Shown here in pieces: positions 53,478 to 64,000 of a DNA stretch of 64,000 bases. The stretch is taken from assembly GCA_964016885.1 (NCBI GenBank), contig OZ024746.1, positions 38,936,001 to 39,000,000 on the forward strand, written 5' to 3'. The stretch is from Eledone cirrhosa (lineage: Eukaryota). A program made the translations under genes and the position numbers. Under the pieces are notes generated by a model. The model did no database searches, had not been told where the DNA came from, and saw only the letters and a list, made by a program, of their open reading frames with translations. How positions within the stretch are numbered: the first letter of the stretch is position 1; every line of letters starts with the position of its first letter.

Positions 53478-53480
<3 letters not shown>
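51670..53480 (+). mobile_element. 1.8-kb non-coding Penelope-like/retrozyme-like element with inverted terminal repeats
   Basis: 51670-51873 mirrors 53130-53334; extra 3' tail to 53480; CpG-rich interior without long ORF; (TA)n flanks. Confidence 0.8.
53222..53279 (+). ncRNA. type I hammerhead with palindromic stem III
   Basis: ATAC-CTGATGA-TATCACCGG..CCGGTCATT-GAA-ATGATCAT-A-GTAT then AATAAA; mirror copy 51724-51781 (core CTTATGA). Confidence 0.85.
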
Positions 53481-53527
<47 letters not shown>

Positions 53528-53530
<3 letters not shown>

Positions 53531-54456
53531 AGTTAATATAAATTAATATATATGATAAAACACAAATACCAACATATAAGTGTTTGTATTGTAAATGACT
53601 AAGTTAGCTAGATTGGAAAATACTAATTATAATAATACAGTTTGCCTGTCTCGATTTAAAATAATAAATCAATAAAAACAAACGATATTGGCAAATGGCC
53701 GTGGTACTTGGACAAATTTAAATTTCAAAATCTACCTGTTCCGTAGATAAGTTTAAACTTCAAAATCCAAATAAGTTTCGAAATGAAAAAGTGAAAAATA
53801 CCCCGTTCAGCTCTCCTCAGCAAGTACCCTGAACAATTGGTATGTTTCACTTCAAAATATTTTAAAAGACTGTTTGCCGCATACTCGTTCTGCTAGAAAT
53901 AACAGCCGTTTATATGGGGCTAAAGTTAGCTCTACATAAGGAGCAGTGATACTAAGAATAATGAGTTCTAAACTCAAGCAGTCCTTTACAATGAAATAGC
54001 TCAAAGAAAGAAGTATTTCTGAGCCGTGTAATACAAGTTAATATAAATTAATATATATGATAAAACACAAATACCAACATATAAGTGTTTGTATTGTAAA
54101 TGACTAAGTTAGCTAGATTGAAAAATACTAATTATATTAATACAGTTTGCCTGTCTCGATTTAAAATAATAAATCAATAAAAACAAACGATATTGGCAAA
54201 TGGCCGTGGTACTTGGACAAATTTAAATTTCAAAATCAAACCTGTTCCGTAGATAAGTTTAAACTTCAAAATCCAAATAAGTTTCGAAATGAAAACGGCT
54301 GTTATTTCTAGCAGAACGAGTATGCGGCAACTAGAAACTGGAAAACCATGTGCGTTAAACAGTCTTTTTAAATATTTTGAAGTGAAACATACCAATTGTT
54401 CAGGGTACTTGCTGAGGAGAGCTGAACGGGGTATTTTTTCACTTTTTCATTTCGAA
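53528..54456 (-). mobile_element. partial tandem plus inverted repeat element (Penelope-like)
   Basis: 53528-53790 repeated at 54031-54294; 53776-53911 inverted at 54292-54456. Confidence 0.75.
53751..53824 (-). ncRNA. type I hammerhead candidate, weak stem I
   Basis: TTG-CTGAGGA-GAGCTGAA..TTCATTTC-GAAA-CTT..AAG-TT-TAA. Confidence 0.6.
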
Positions 54457-54461
54457 CCTTT

Positions 54462-54610
54462 TTTGCTTCAAAGAGTTACGTCTCTTTATGATCTGAGTTC
54501 AAATCCCGCCGAAGTTAACTTTGCCTTTCATCCTTACGGGGTCGATAAAATAAAGTACCAGTAATGTACTGGGTAATTGCTGGCCTTGTGCCAAAAGTAG
54601 AAACAATTAT
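54462..54610 (+). mobile_element. Deu/Nin-type SINE, 5'-truncated
   Basis: Matches 44680-44830. Confidence 0.88.
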
Positions 54611-54772
54611 ATATATGTACAAACTGTATATATATAGTTATCTAAACGACTGAAAACAGATGAAATATCTGCTTTCAAGAAACTACTGGTAAATGAAATA
54701 ATTATCTTATGTTGTTTATTACATAACTAATAAGCTCTGCAGCCTAATATATATATATATATATATATATAA

Positions 54773-54972
54773 TCATCATCATCATCATCATCATCATCAT
54801 TTTGCGTCCGTTTTTGCCTGCTTGCAAGGGTGGGATGGTTTTTATTCAGCACAGCATCTCACCACTTGTCACGGTCCTTCGTCATCCCCACCGTGAGCTT
54901 CAGCAATCTGAGGTCTGTTCTCACCACCTCCGCCCATGTTATTCGTGGTCTACCGCTACTCCGTCTTCCTTC
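54773..54972 (-). mobile_element. RTE subfamily C 3' end
   Basis: [27 protein letters not shown]; (CAT)n. Confidence 0.88.
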
Positions 54973-55036
54973 ATATATATATATATATACATATATATAT
55001 TTATATATATATACACACATATATATACATATATAT

Positions 55037-55093
<57 letters not shown>

Positions 55094-55116
55094 CACACAC
55101 ACACATATATGTATAT

Positions 55117-55209
<93 letters not shown>

Positions 55210-55228
55210 CACAGTTTGTACATATATA

Positions 55229-55419
55229 TAATTGTTTCTACGTTAGGCACAAGGCCAGCAATTACCCAGTGTATTACTGGTACTTCATTTTATCGACCCC
55301 GTAAGGATGAAAGGCAAAGTTAACCTCGGCGGGATTTGAACTCAGAATGGCAAGGGCCGTAACTCTATGCGTCAAAGCATGGCGTCCGACCCTCTACCGA
55401 TACTGCCAATCCACTGCCT
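55229..55419 (-). mobile_element. Deu/Nin-type SINE
   Basis: Matches family consensus. Confidence 0.9.
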
Positions 55420-56579
55420 TTGTTTGTACATATATATAATGGATGTTAAATGGTGATGATGATGCTGATATAAGCTCTAACAAACCTTTAGAGGCTGGTA
55501 CTTGGGTAAAATTTCATAAGGTTTTTAGTTAAATCAGAGAATGATTGAAATGTGACAGAACTAGGGGGAGGGGGAGGGAGAAACAATGAGAAAGAGGTTA
55601 AAATATAACAGAGAGAGAGGAAGAAAGCTTGAGAGAATCAAATGGATGGAGAAAAGGAAGAAGAGAGAGGAATAGGGAGTTAGGGAGAGACAATGGGAAT
55701 TAGATGAAAATGTGATAGACAGAGAAATAGGAGACAATCAAACAGAAAAAACTAAAAGCAAACATAAACTATCCAAGAGAAGAAATCTGATTATAATCAT
55801 GAAAGAATTTTAAACACCTGTAACTGTATAAACAATAAAATATTTCAAATGACAAACATTCTAATGAAAAAAACAACACCAGAGAATTTTAAACACGTAC
55901 ATGAACCAATGAGAGAGCCTCTATATGAGTCAACGGGTAAGCCACTATATGGTAACTCAAGCTGCTAGAAATAATAGCTGAATCATACTCATACCATACC
56001 TTTCTCTCTTTATAAAAAAAAGTGATGGAATAAATACATTGGTTAATGTAATTCTAGATAAACTGTGTCTGAAGAAGGCAGAATGGTCATTGTTGGAACA
56101 GCTTTAATTATAGGTCTGTGGTATCAAGGTTCACCTAGGACTAAACAACAACAACAATGGCAGTGACATCATCATCATCATCCTTAATACCATACACCAC
56201 AGCAAGACTGACACCACCATCATCTCCATCACCAAGTACATCATTAAAGGAAGGTCTTTGCTGTCATTCACCTTGCTGGAAATAGCAACTAGATTTCTTT
56301 AAAATTATTCCCTACTCATAAAAAGGGAAAAGCTCATTGGATGAAATAGTTTTAGATAAACTGTGTCAAAAAAAAAAAGACTGACTGGTCACTGCTAGAA
56401 CACTTTTGATCACAGATCTGCAGTGTTAAAGCTTACCTAGGGCTAAACAACAATAAAATCGATATAATAACAGCAATACTTATCACTATCATTGCCCACA
56501 TCACCTTTGAGGGAAGTTCTACATATTCACTTGACATGCAAGAAATAGCAACCAAATCTTCCTCAAATCACACTTTTAA

Positions 56580-56800
56580 CCCTTTAGCATTCACATTACT
56601 CTATATTTACTATTGTATTTTCACAGTAAAGGCTTTACCTCACATAATTATTTCACATAATATTGAATCTATGAGACTTTGATGTCATTTATTTTCAGAA
56701 CAATACCTTAACATAAGTATGAGGGGCTGGTTATGGCCAGTTTGAACAGAAAGAGATGAGAGAATTCTGGCCGGATACGGCTGGTTTAAATGCTAAAGGG
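56580..56800. mobile_element. piggyBac-like MITE
   Basis: TTAA TSDs 56576-79 and 56801-04; TIR CCCTTTAGCATT / AATGCTAAAGGG. Confidence 0.85.
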
Positions 56801-56947
56801 TTAAGTTTTAAAAAAGAAAGGACTGTGTCTGAAAATGACAGAGTGGTCACAGTTGGAGCCTTTGTTCAAGGGTAGGGTTGATCAAGTCTCGTAGGGTGGG
56901 AGAACAATAACACCCTAATTATCACTACCTCTTCCTGAAAAAATACC

Positions 56948-57145
56948 AGCTTGACATGGGTTGGATGGGTCTTTTTCAACACAGCATCTCTTCACTTGCA
57001 ATTCCTTGTCATCTCTACCATGAGCTTCACCACCTCTGCCCAGGTTTTCCTCTACTGCAGCTTCCTACCACTGGGATTTCCTGATACTTCTTCACCCAGC
57101 AGTCATCATTCATGTGTATCACATGTTCATACCAGTACATGCTTG
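56948..57145 (-). mobile_element. old RTE 3' fragment
   Basis: WYEHVIHMNDDCWVKKYQE..GKP..W. Confidence 0.75.
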
Positions 57146-57306
57146 AAGGCCACATTAGATAATATAGAGCTTGATACATAATGTCTGTAAAAGGACTAAA
57201 TGATAAAAAATGAAACATGTTAACTGATGGATCTGTTTGATCAGAGCTGGTCGGGGATTAAATAATAACCCATTCATCACATGATCAATATAACTGTTTC
57301 TAACAT

Positions 57307-58446
57307 AGGTCCTTGTAAGTAGATGAGAAAACAGAACCCAGATCCCCTCAGGGAAATGGCCTTGCTCAGTATGTAGGAAAGGTGTAGGTAGGAACTCCAT
57401 TCTCTGCCCCAAATGCAAACAATGGGTACACAAGAGATGTAGCGGGATCTCAGGAAGCTTAATTAAGAATGTAGGCTTCACATGCAGCAGCTGTGCTGGG
57501 ACAGCAAGCAGCAAACAGCCACAGGAAACAAGTACCACCAATCTCTGGGAGGGCTCTGTAGAAACAGTAGACAGCTTCTGCTACCTAGGTGACCGAATTA
57601 GCAGCGGAGGTGGGTGTTCAGAAAGTACAATAACTAGGGTAAGAACGGGATGGAAGAAGTTTAGGGAACTACTACCACTGCTAGCTGCAAAAGGCTTCTC
57701 CCTCAGAATGAAAGGCAGACTCTATGATGCGTGTATCCGAACAGCAATGCTGCATGGTAGTGAGACCTGGGCGCTGAAGGTGGAAGACTTACGTAGATTA
57801 GAGAGAAACGAAGCCTGCATGCTCTGATGGATGTGTAACAGTAATATACGTGAACGACAAAGCATAAATGAATTGAGAGAGAGACTGGGCATAAGAGGAA
57901 TCAAATGCTGTGTGCAGGAGAGGCGGTTGCGCTGGTATGGACATGTGATGCGTATGAAGGATGACAGCTGCATAAAAAGGTGCAGAGCACTAGAAGTTGA
58001 TGGAAACCGCGGAGTGGGGAGACCCAAGATGACCTGGGATGAGGTGATAAAAGCCGACCTTACCCAATTACACCTCTCAAAGGCAATGACCTCTGGCGTC
58101 ACGCAGTAATACAGAGTACCCGACCTCTCATGGGTACAAGCTGAAGCATATAGACAATATGGCCCCACACCCCCCACCGCAAGGTGGTCGTGGAGGTGCC
58201 ACGGCAAAAAAGCACCCAGCCCGCACTGTAAAGTGGACGTGTAGGCGCCACGAAAAATCACCCAGCACTCACTGTAAATGAGGTTGGTGTTAGGAAGGGC
58301 ATCCAGCTGTAGAAATCAAGCCAAATCAGTTCCTGTATGAGCAAGGCATGGTCAGCCGACCAGACACTGCCCACAACAGGACAACCCATCTAACCCATGC
58401 TAGCATGGAAGAACGGACGTAAAACGGTTATGATGATGACGATGAT
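57307..58446 (+). mobile_element. RTE subfamily B, 5'-truncated
   Basis: GKWPCSVCRKGVGRNSI..., LHGSETW, RLRWYGHVMRM; distinct 3'UTR; GAT tail. Confidence 0.93.
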
Positions 58447-58754
58447 AGGCACAAGGCCAGAATTTTGTGTGTGTGCAAGTGTGTGTAAGAAGGTGTGTGT
58501 GTGTGGGGGGGGGGGGGGCATCGATGATTTAACCGCTACTTTATTTTATTGACCTTGGAAGGATAACAAGCAAAGTTAACTTCAATGAGATTGGAAAACA
58601 AAATGTAAAGTGACATAGAAGTAATGAGGATAACAAGAATCTAGAGATATTTAGTAATATAACTAACTTTGTCATTATTAAGCTGGTATTTAGAGCATAA
58701 CTTAAGAAATTACTTAAAACTATGATAGAGGGTTTTCAGATAAATACATACATT

Positions 58755-59102
58755 GGAGGCACATGGCTTAGTGGTTAGAGCATTGGCCTTGCAATCGAAA
58801 GGTTGTGAGTTCAATTCTCAGACCGCGTAATGTGTTGTTTCCTTGAGCAAGACACTTTATTTCACATTGCTCCAGTTTACTCAGCTGTAGAAATGAGATG
58901 ATAGGGACTGGGGTCCCTATCATTCCACTGCAAAGTGGTCGTGGAAGTGCCACAGCAAAAAAGCACCCAGCACTCACTGTAAATGAGGTTGGTGTTAGGA
59001 AGGGCATCCAGCTGTAGAAATCAAACCAGAATCAGTTCCCGTCCCACCCTTGCAAGCAGGGAAAAAGCGGACGTAAAATGAAATGATGAATGATGATGAT
59101 GA
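58755..59102 (+). mobile_element. CORE-type SINE
   Basis: Near-identical to 2048-2384. Confidence 0.93.
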
Positions 59103-59107
59103 AATGT

Positions 59108-59109
59108 TA

Positions 59110-59140
<31 letters not shown>

Positions 59141-59622
59141 AATGAAATTATTGTGTAAAGTGCTCAGGTGCACTACAACTCGTCAAAGATGCATGTATAG
59201 TACATAGAATAATACACAAATGTCAGGGAAGTGAATAGTGTATGAGTCATGATATACATGTGTATGGAGGGGGAATATTAGGTGTAGTGTTGGTGAATCT
59301 CAGGAAGCATGGAGGTTTAAAAGGATGCAGTGTTTCGACAGCTAATAACTGATGCAGGTAGTTTGTTCCATGCTTCAGCAACTCTGAGCGTGAAAAAATG
59401 TTTCCGAAAGTCATGGGAACTGTGCTGTTTTCTAACCTTGTGGGCATGCCCACAAGGTTAGACTCATGGAAATCAAAAAGGTACTCAGGGTTGTTGTTGG
59501 CAAGATGGTTAATAATTTTGTGGATGTTTACCAAGTCAGTTGCCAGACGTTGGAGCTTCAATGTATCCATGCCCAGGGAAGCAAGGCATTCAGAGTATGG
59601 TAGATGCCTGATGGAGGGTATG
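59108..59622 (-). mobile_element. CR1-clade LINE 3' end with (ATT)n tail
   Basis: LPYSECLASLGMDTLKLQRLATDL..HKII, GH..KVRK, RKHFFTLRVAEAWNKLP. Confidence 0.88.
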
Positions 59623-59680
59623 TATCATAGATCCAGAGATGATTTCAGGCAAATACAAACAAAGAATAGAGAATATATAT

Positions 59681-60188
59681 ACGAAGAAGGGTTTCTCCCT
59701 GCATACGAGAGGCCGGTTGTATGATGCCTGTGTGAGGAGCGCGATGCTGCATGGTAGTGAGACATGGGCAGCAACTGCAGAGGATATGCGACGACTGGAG
59801 AGAAATGAGGCAAGCATGCTCCGTTGTGCAGTGTAAATGTGTGTGAACGACCCAGCTTAAATGTGTTGAGAGAGAAACTGTGTCTGAGAGGGATAGAATG
59901 TAGTGTATGGGAGAGGAGACTGAGGTGGTATGGACATGTGATGTGCATGGAGGATGACCGATGAGTGAAGAAGTGCCAGGAATTGCCAGTTGAAAGAAGA
60001 CGTGGTAGAGGTAGACCACGAAAAACATGGGCGGAGGTGGTGAGAACAGACCTCAGATCATTGAAGCTCACGGTGGAGATGACGAGGGATCGTGACGAGT
60101 GGAGAGATGCTGTGCTGAATAAGACCCGTCCGACCCTTGCAAGCAGGGAAAAGCGGACGTAAAATGATGATGATGATGATGATGATGA
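59681..60188 (+). mobile_element. RTE subfamily C 3' part (very short 3'UTR)
   Basis: KGFSL..RGRLYDACVRSAMLHGSETW...GRPRKTWAEVV...KTRPTLASREKRT* then GAT tail. Confidence 0.92.
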
Positions 60189-60404
60189 TATATATACTAG
60201 AACTTTTTTCAACACGTTTATGCATATGTGTATATGCATTTGTGTGTTTGTGTGTAGATTGTACACACAAGAGTAGGGAATGTTAGATGCTGTTTTCTGT
60301 AGTTTGTCATCGCCCCTTCCTTCCTCAGTCATCTCTAGTGTGTGACGGAAGGACAGATGGAAGTCACTCAAATTTATATGTATATATATATATGTGTGTG
60401 TGTG

Positions 60405-60466
<62 letters not shown>

Positions 60467-60468
<2 letters not shown>

Positions 60469-61727
60469 TTTATGTCCCAAATGCAAAGTATGGGTGCATA
60501 AAAGATGTAGTGGGATCACAGGTAAGCTAACTAAGAACATAGATTTTACATGTGGCCGGTGCTCTGGTGCAATAAGTAGCAGCAAGTGCCCACAAAATAC
60601 TAGCTCCTTCAACTGCGCAGAGGGTTCTATAGAAATAGTGGACAGCTTCCGTTATCTGGGTGACAAAATCAGCAGTGGGGGAGGGTGCTCTGAAAGTACA
60701 GTAGCTAGAGTCAGAACTGGATGGAAAAAGTTCAGAGAGCTTATACCACTATTAGCCGCTAGAGGGTTCTCCCTAAAAATGAAAGGCAGGTTATACGATG
60801 CCTGCATACGAACAGCAATGCTGCATGGCAGTGAGACCTGGGCATTGTGTGCAGAGGATATACGCAGACTAGAGAGGAACGAAGCTTGCATGCTCCGCTG
60901 GATGTGCAATAGTAATATACGTGAACGGCAAAGCATAAACGAACTAAGGAAAAAATTAGAAATAAGAGGAATCAGATGTTGTTTACTCGAGAGAAGGCTA
61001 CGTTGGTACGGTCACGTGATGCGCATGAAAGACGACAGCTGTATAACAAAGTGCAGGGCAATAAAGATAGACGGTAGCCACGGAGTAGGCAGACCCAGAA
61101 AAACATGGGACGAGCTGATAAATTCCGACCTCACACGCTTACACCTCTCCAAGACAATGTCACTGGACCGAGACCTTTGGCGGTACTCAGTAATAGAGAA
61201 GACCCGCCTTACCTAAATACAAAGTAAAAACCTACTACAGTCAGTAGGCATCTCTATCAAAACACACCCCCGTCCCACCACCTCCACCCCACCCACACCG
61301 CCCCTTTCAATGTAAAGTTATGTTGGTCCCACAACATCCAGGCCGAAACAAATGAGATCGTGTAGGTGTCACGACAAAAAACACACAGTCCACGCTGTAA
61401 ATGTGGCCGTGTAGGCAACACGGTAAAAACCTCCCAGCCCCACACTGTAAATGTGGTTGGTGTTAGGAAGGGCATCCAGCTGTAGAAAACCCGCCAGACA
61501 GTCCACGCTGTAATGTGGCCGTGTAGGCAACACGGTAAAAACCTCCCAGCCCCACACTGTAAATGTGGTTGGTGTTAGGAAGGGCATCCAACTGTAGAAA
61601 ACCCGCCAGACAGTCCTATGCGAGCAAGACAACCACTCTTGCCTCAAGTGGGAAAACCCCCGTCCAAACCCATGCAAGCGTGGAACACGGACGCTAAACC
61701 TGATGATGATGATGATGATGATGATGA
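60467..61727 (+). mobile_element. young RTE subfamily A, 5'-truncated, with ~110-bp tandem duplication in 3'UTR
   Basis: Nearly identical to 39077-40218; 61386-61496 repeated at 61497-61610. Confidence 0.96.
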
Positions 61728-61800
61728 TATGTATATATATATGTGTATATATATGTGTATATATATGTGTATACATATATGTGTATATATATGTGTGTAT

Positions 61801-61849
<49 letters not shown>

Positions 61850-61852
<3 letters not shown>

Positions 61853-62146
61853 AGGAGGTGAGTTTTATTGTAGTACAATAAAGCAATGCAGATATCGGAT
61901 AAGAAGCACTCTACAGTTTGTAGGACTGGAGTATACATAATATATAAGATCAAAAGATGGTTAAATGAGTTCCATGTATTTTATTATGCGCATTTCAAAA
62001 ACAAATATCATCATGCAATAACATTTGTGTTTTCATCAGATAAAATATTTTATCTGATGAAAACACAAATGTTATTGCATGATGATATTTGTTTTTGAAA
62101 TGCGCATAATAAAATACATGGAACTCATTTAACCATCTTTTGATCT

Positions 62147-62156
<10 letters not shown>
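61850..62156. mobile_element. fold-back Penelope-like terminus: perfect 220-bp palindrome plus tail
   Basis: 61937-62156 self-complementary, centre 62046/62047, no spacer; (TA)n flanks. Confidence 0.92.
62046..62116 (+). ncRNA. type I hammerhead with palindromic stem III (identical mirror on minus, 61977-62047)
   Basis: TATTTTAT-CTGATGA-AAACACAAATGTTAT..ATGATATTTGTTTTT-GAA-ATGCGCAT-A-ATAAAATA. Confidence 0.9.
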
Positions 62157-62197
<41 letters not shown>

Positions 62198-62200
<3 letters not shown>

Positions 62201-62434
62201 TCATCATATCATTTTACGTCCGCTTTTCCCTGCTAGCAAGGGTGGGACAGGAACTGATTCTGGCTTGATTTCTACAGCTGGATGCCCTTCCTAACACCAA
62301 CCTCATTTACAGTGAGTGCTGGGTGCTTTTTTGCCGTGGAGCCTCCACGACCACTTTACAGTGGAATGATATGGACCCAGTCTCTATCATCTCATTTCTA
62401 CAGCTGAGTAAACTGGAGCAATGTGAAATAAAGT
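62198..62434 (-). mobile_element. CORE-type SINE, 5'-truncated
   Basis: Reverse complement of 2145-2384. Confidence 0.9.
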
Positions 62435-62581
62435 GGATCTCACTTCAGCCACACCTCAGTAATTGCTTCTGCTGGCAGGTTAAAATTAGGGAGAGAGACT
62501 GAACACTTGCTGAGGAGATGGGCAGGCACCAATAAGCATTTCAAACGTTCGGTGTAATATTATGATGGACACTGACTGCAG

Positions 62582-62760
62582 GCAGGGAGAAACCCTTCTT
62601 TGTCAGCAGAGGAAGCAGCTCCCTAAACTTCTTCCAACCTGTCCTTATTCTAGACACTATGGCTTCGGAACTCCCCCCCCCCTCCTCCCATGCTAATCTG
62701 ATCACCTAGGTACCGGAAGCTATCAACCACTTCTATAGAACCCACCTGCATTTGAAAATG
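62582..62760 (-). mobile_element. RTE internal fragment
   Basis: GSIEVVDSFRYLGDQIS..RIRTGWKKFRELLPLLTKKGFSL. Confidence 0.88.
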
Positions 62761-62967
62761 TGTCTATCAATGCGACTTCTACTGTCACTCATGAGTGATT
62801 TTCTCTGTATGTTCCAGGATGTTTTTCTACCTATCTCATTATGTATTTTTCTCTGTCTTCCATCAATAATTTATTTACCTGCATATCTCCCTACTTAAAT
62901 CTGTGTCTGCTTATCTGTCTGTTCATCTATCTATCTATCTATCTATCTATATATATATATATATATA

Positions 62968-63370
62968 TAATAGAATAATCGAGTATCGGAAAATCAGGTC
63001 ACGAATTAATGATAAACAAATCCGACATGAGTGGCAGAGGGCTCAATAATTCAGATAAATCAGAGCTATAACTATCGTTAAAATACCAACACACAAAGAT
63101 TATGCCTAAAATCACCCATGCAGCCGAAAAAGAACGACCAGGAAGATTCGGGTCACTCAAATAAAATATCAATAAATCAATAATTTATATGAATGTAAAA
63201 AACTTACCCGGACCCGCTAGAAAGGTGGTAAATCTAGCTTCTTGGGTTTCTGCAATTTCTTAATCCGTTCCCTATCAGCCTACATAAAAATATATAAGAC
63301 TTCTAGGGAACGAATGGACCGGAAAAACTTTATCAACGGGTTCCGTCCGACGAATAAAGAAGTTACCTTA
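62968..63370 (-). mobile_element. CpG-rich (TA)n-embedded element, possibly Penelope-like terminus
   Basis: (TA)n both sides; TATTGAGCCC near 3' end; partial HHR-like motif. Confidence 0.45.
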
Positions 63371-63424
63371 TATATATGTATATATGTATACATATATATA
63401 TCTTCCACTTCATATATATATATA

Positions 63425-63489
<65 letters not shown>

Positions 63490-63496
63490 ACATGTA

Positions 63497-64000
63497 TCCC
63501 AGTACAACCTGTCTCATGGTCGGGTCGTTGGCGACTAAACTGGCAATCCCACCAAGGTTTCTTGGTGAGGAAGGTGACTTTGGACATCCTGCAGGACTAA
63601 AAACAAAACCTGTCAAAGGGCAAAGGGCAAAGGAGCTCTTAAGAGTCAATGGCCATCCAAAATCACCGGGAGAGATGACCCCTTATCCTTTGTCAAGGCA
63701 GAATTCTAGGAGAAGGAAAACTCTGATATAACATCTGCAACTCTGATGGTATCCAATGATGTTGACTTGTTCTTCTTTTTGGTAAATATCATCTTGGTTA
63801 AGAGAGTGGGACTGGCTTTGTGCAGTGCCTTTGCTCACTATAAAAGCTTCACGGCACAGGCATTGCTTTATATCTGGAGATCTCTCTGCACTTGTCGTCA
63901 CATGGTACCATGGGCCCAGCACTATGTGTCAATAATTGTCACAAGTGTAGTGTTTGTACCAGAGTTTTCAAGTCGCTGGCTGAACTAAAAAGTCACACTC
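63497..64000 (+). mobile_element. bipartite RTE-like element (5'UTR joined to C-terminal zinc finger), runs off window
   Basis: GGAGAAGGAAAACTCTGAT RTE-leader-like motif; CSVCTRVFKSLAELKSH; relative at 14560-14858. Confidence 0.55.

Noticed and set aside
60287-61216. 309-aa ORF as a novel fusion protein
   Set aside because: Chance read-through of (TA)n into a 5'-truncated RTE

Overview
AT-rich, repeat-dominated eukaryotic DNA, inferred to be octopod cephalopod from its SINE/LINE families and a C2H2 zinc-finger relic. No intact multi-exon gene, tRNA, rRNA or CRISPR is visible, and most listed ORFs are microsatellite artefacts. Content: RTE-clade LINEs (one near-full-length APE-RT-PHD copy at 36.7-40.2 kb), two tRNA-derived SINE families (CORE-type with RTE tails; Deu/Nin-type), and fragments of CR1, R4/Dong, Tx1, Rex3-like, mariner, hAT, piggyBac-like and Helitron elements. 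There is also a C2H2 pseudogene and one probable terminal exon ending in a CaaX box (33140-33319, minus). The strongest unexplained signal is a dense set of hammerhead-ribozyme (HHR) motifs read by eye, from about ten sequence-distinct families. They lie in short (TA)n-embedded elements that are usually fold-back palindromes whose turning points fall in or next to the ribozyme. One HHR sits at the 3' end of a Penelope/Naiad-type GIY-YIG fragment, and several families share a 3'-terminal ACTC...GAGTRC hairpin and a U-U closure of stem II. All ribozyme calls are manual base-pairing, not computed folds or assays.
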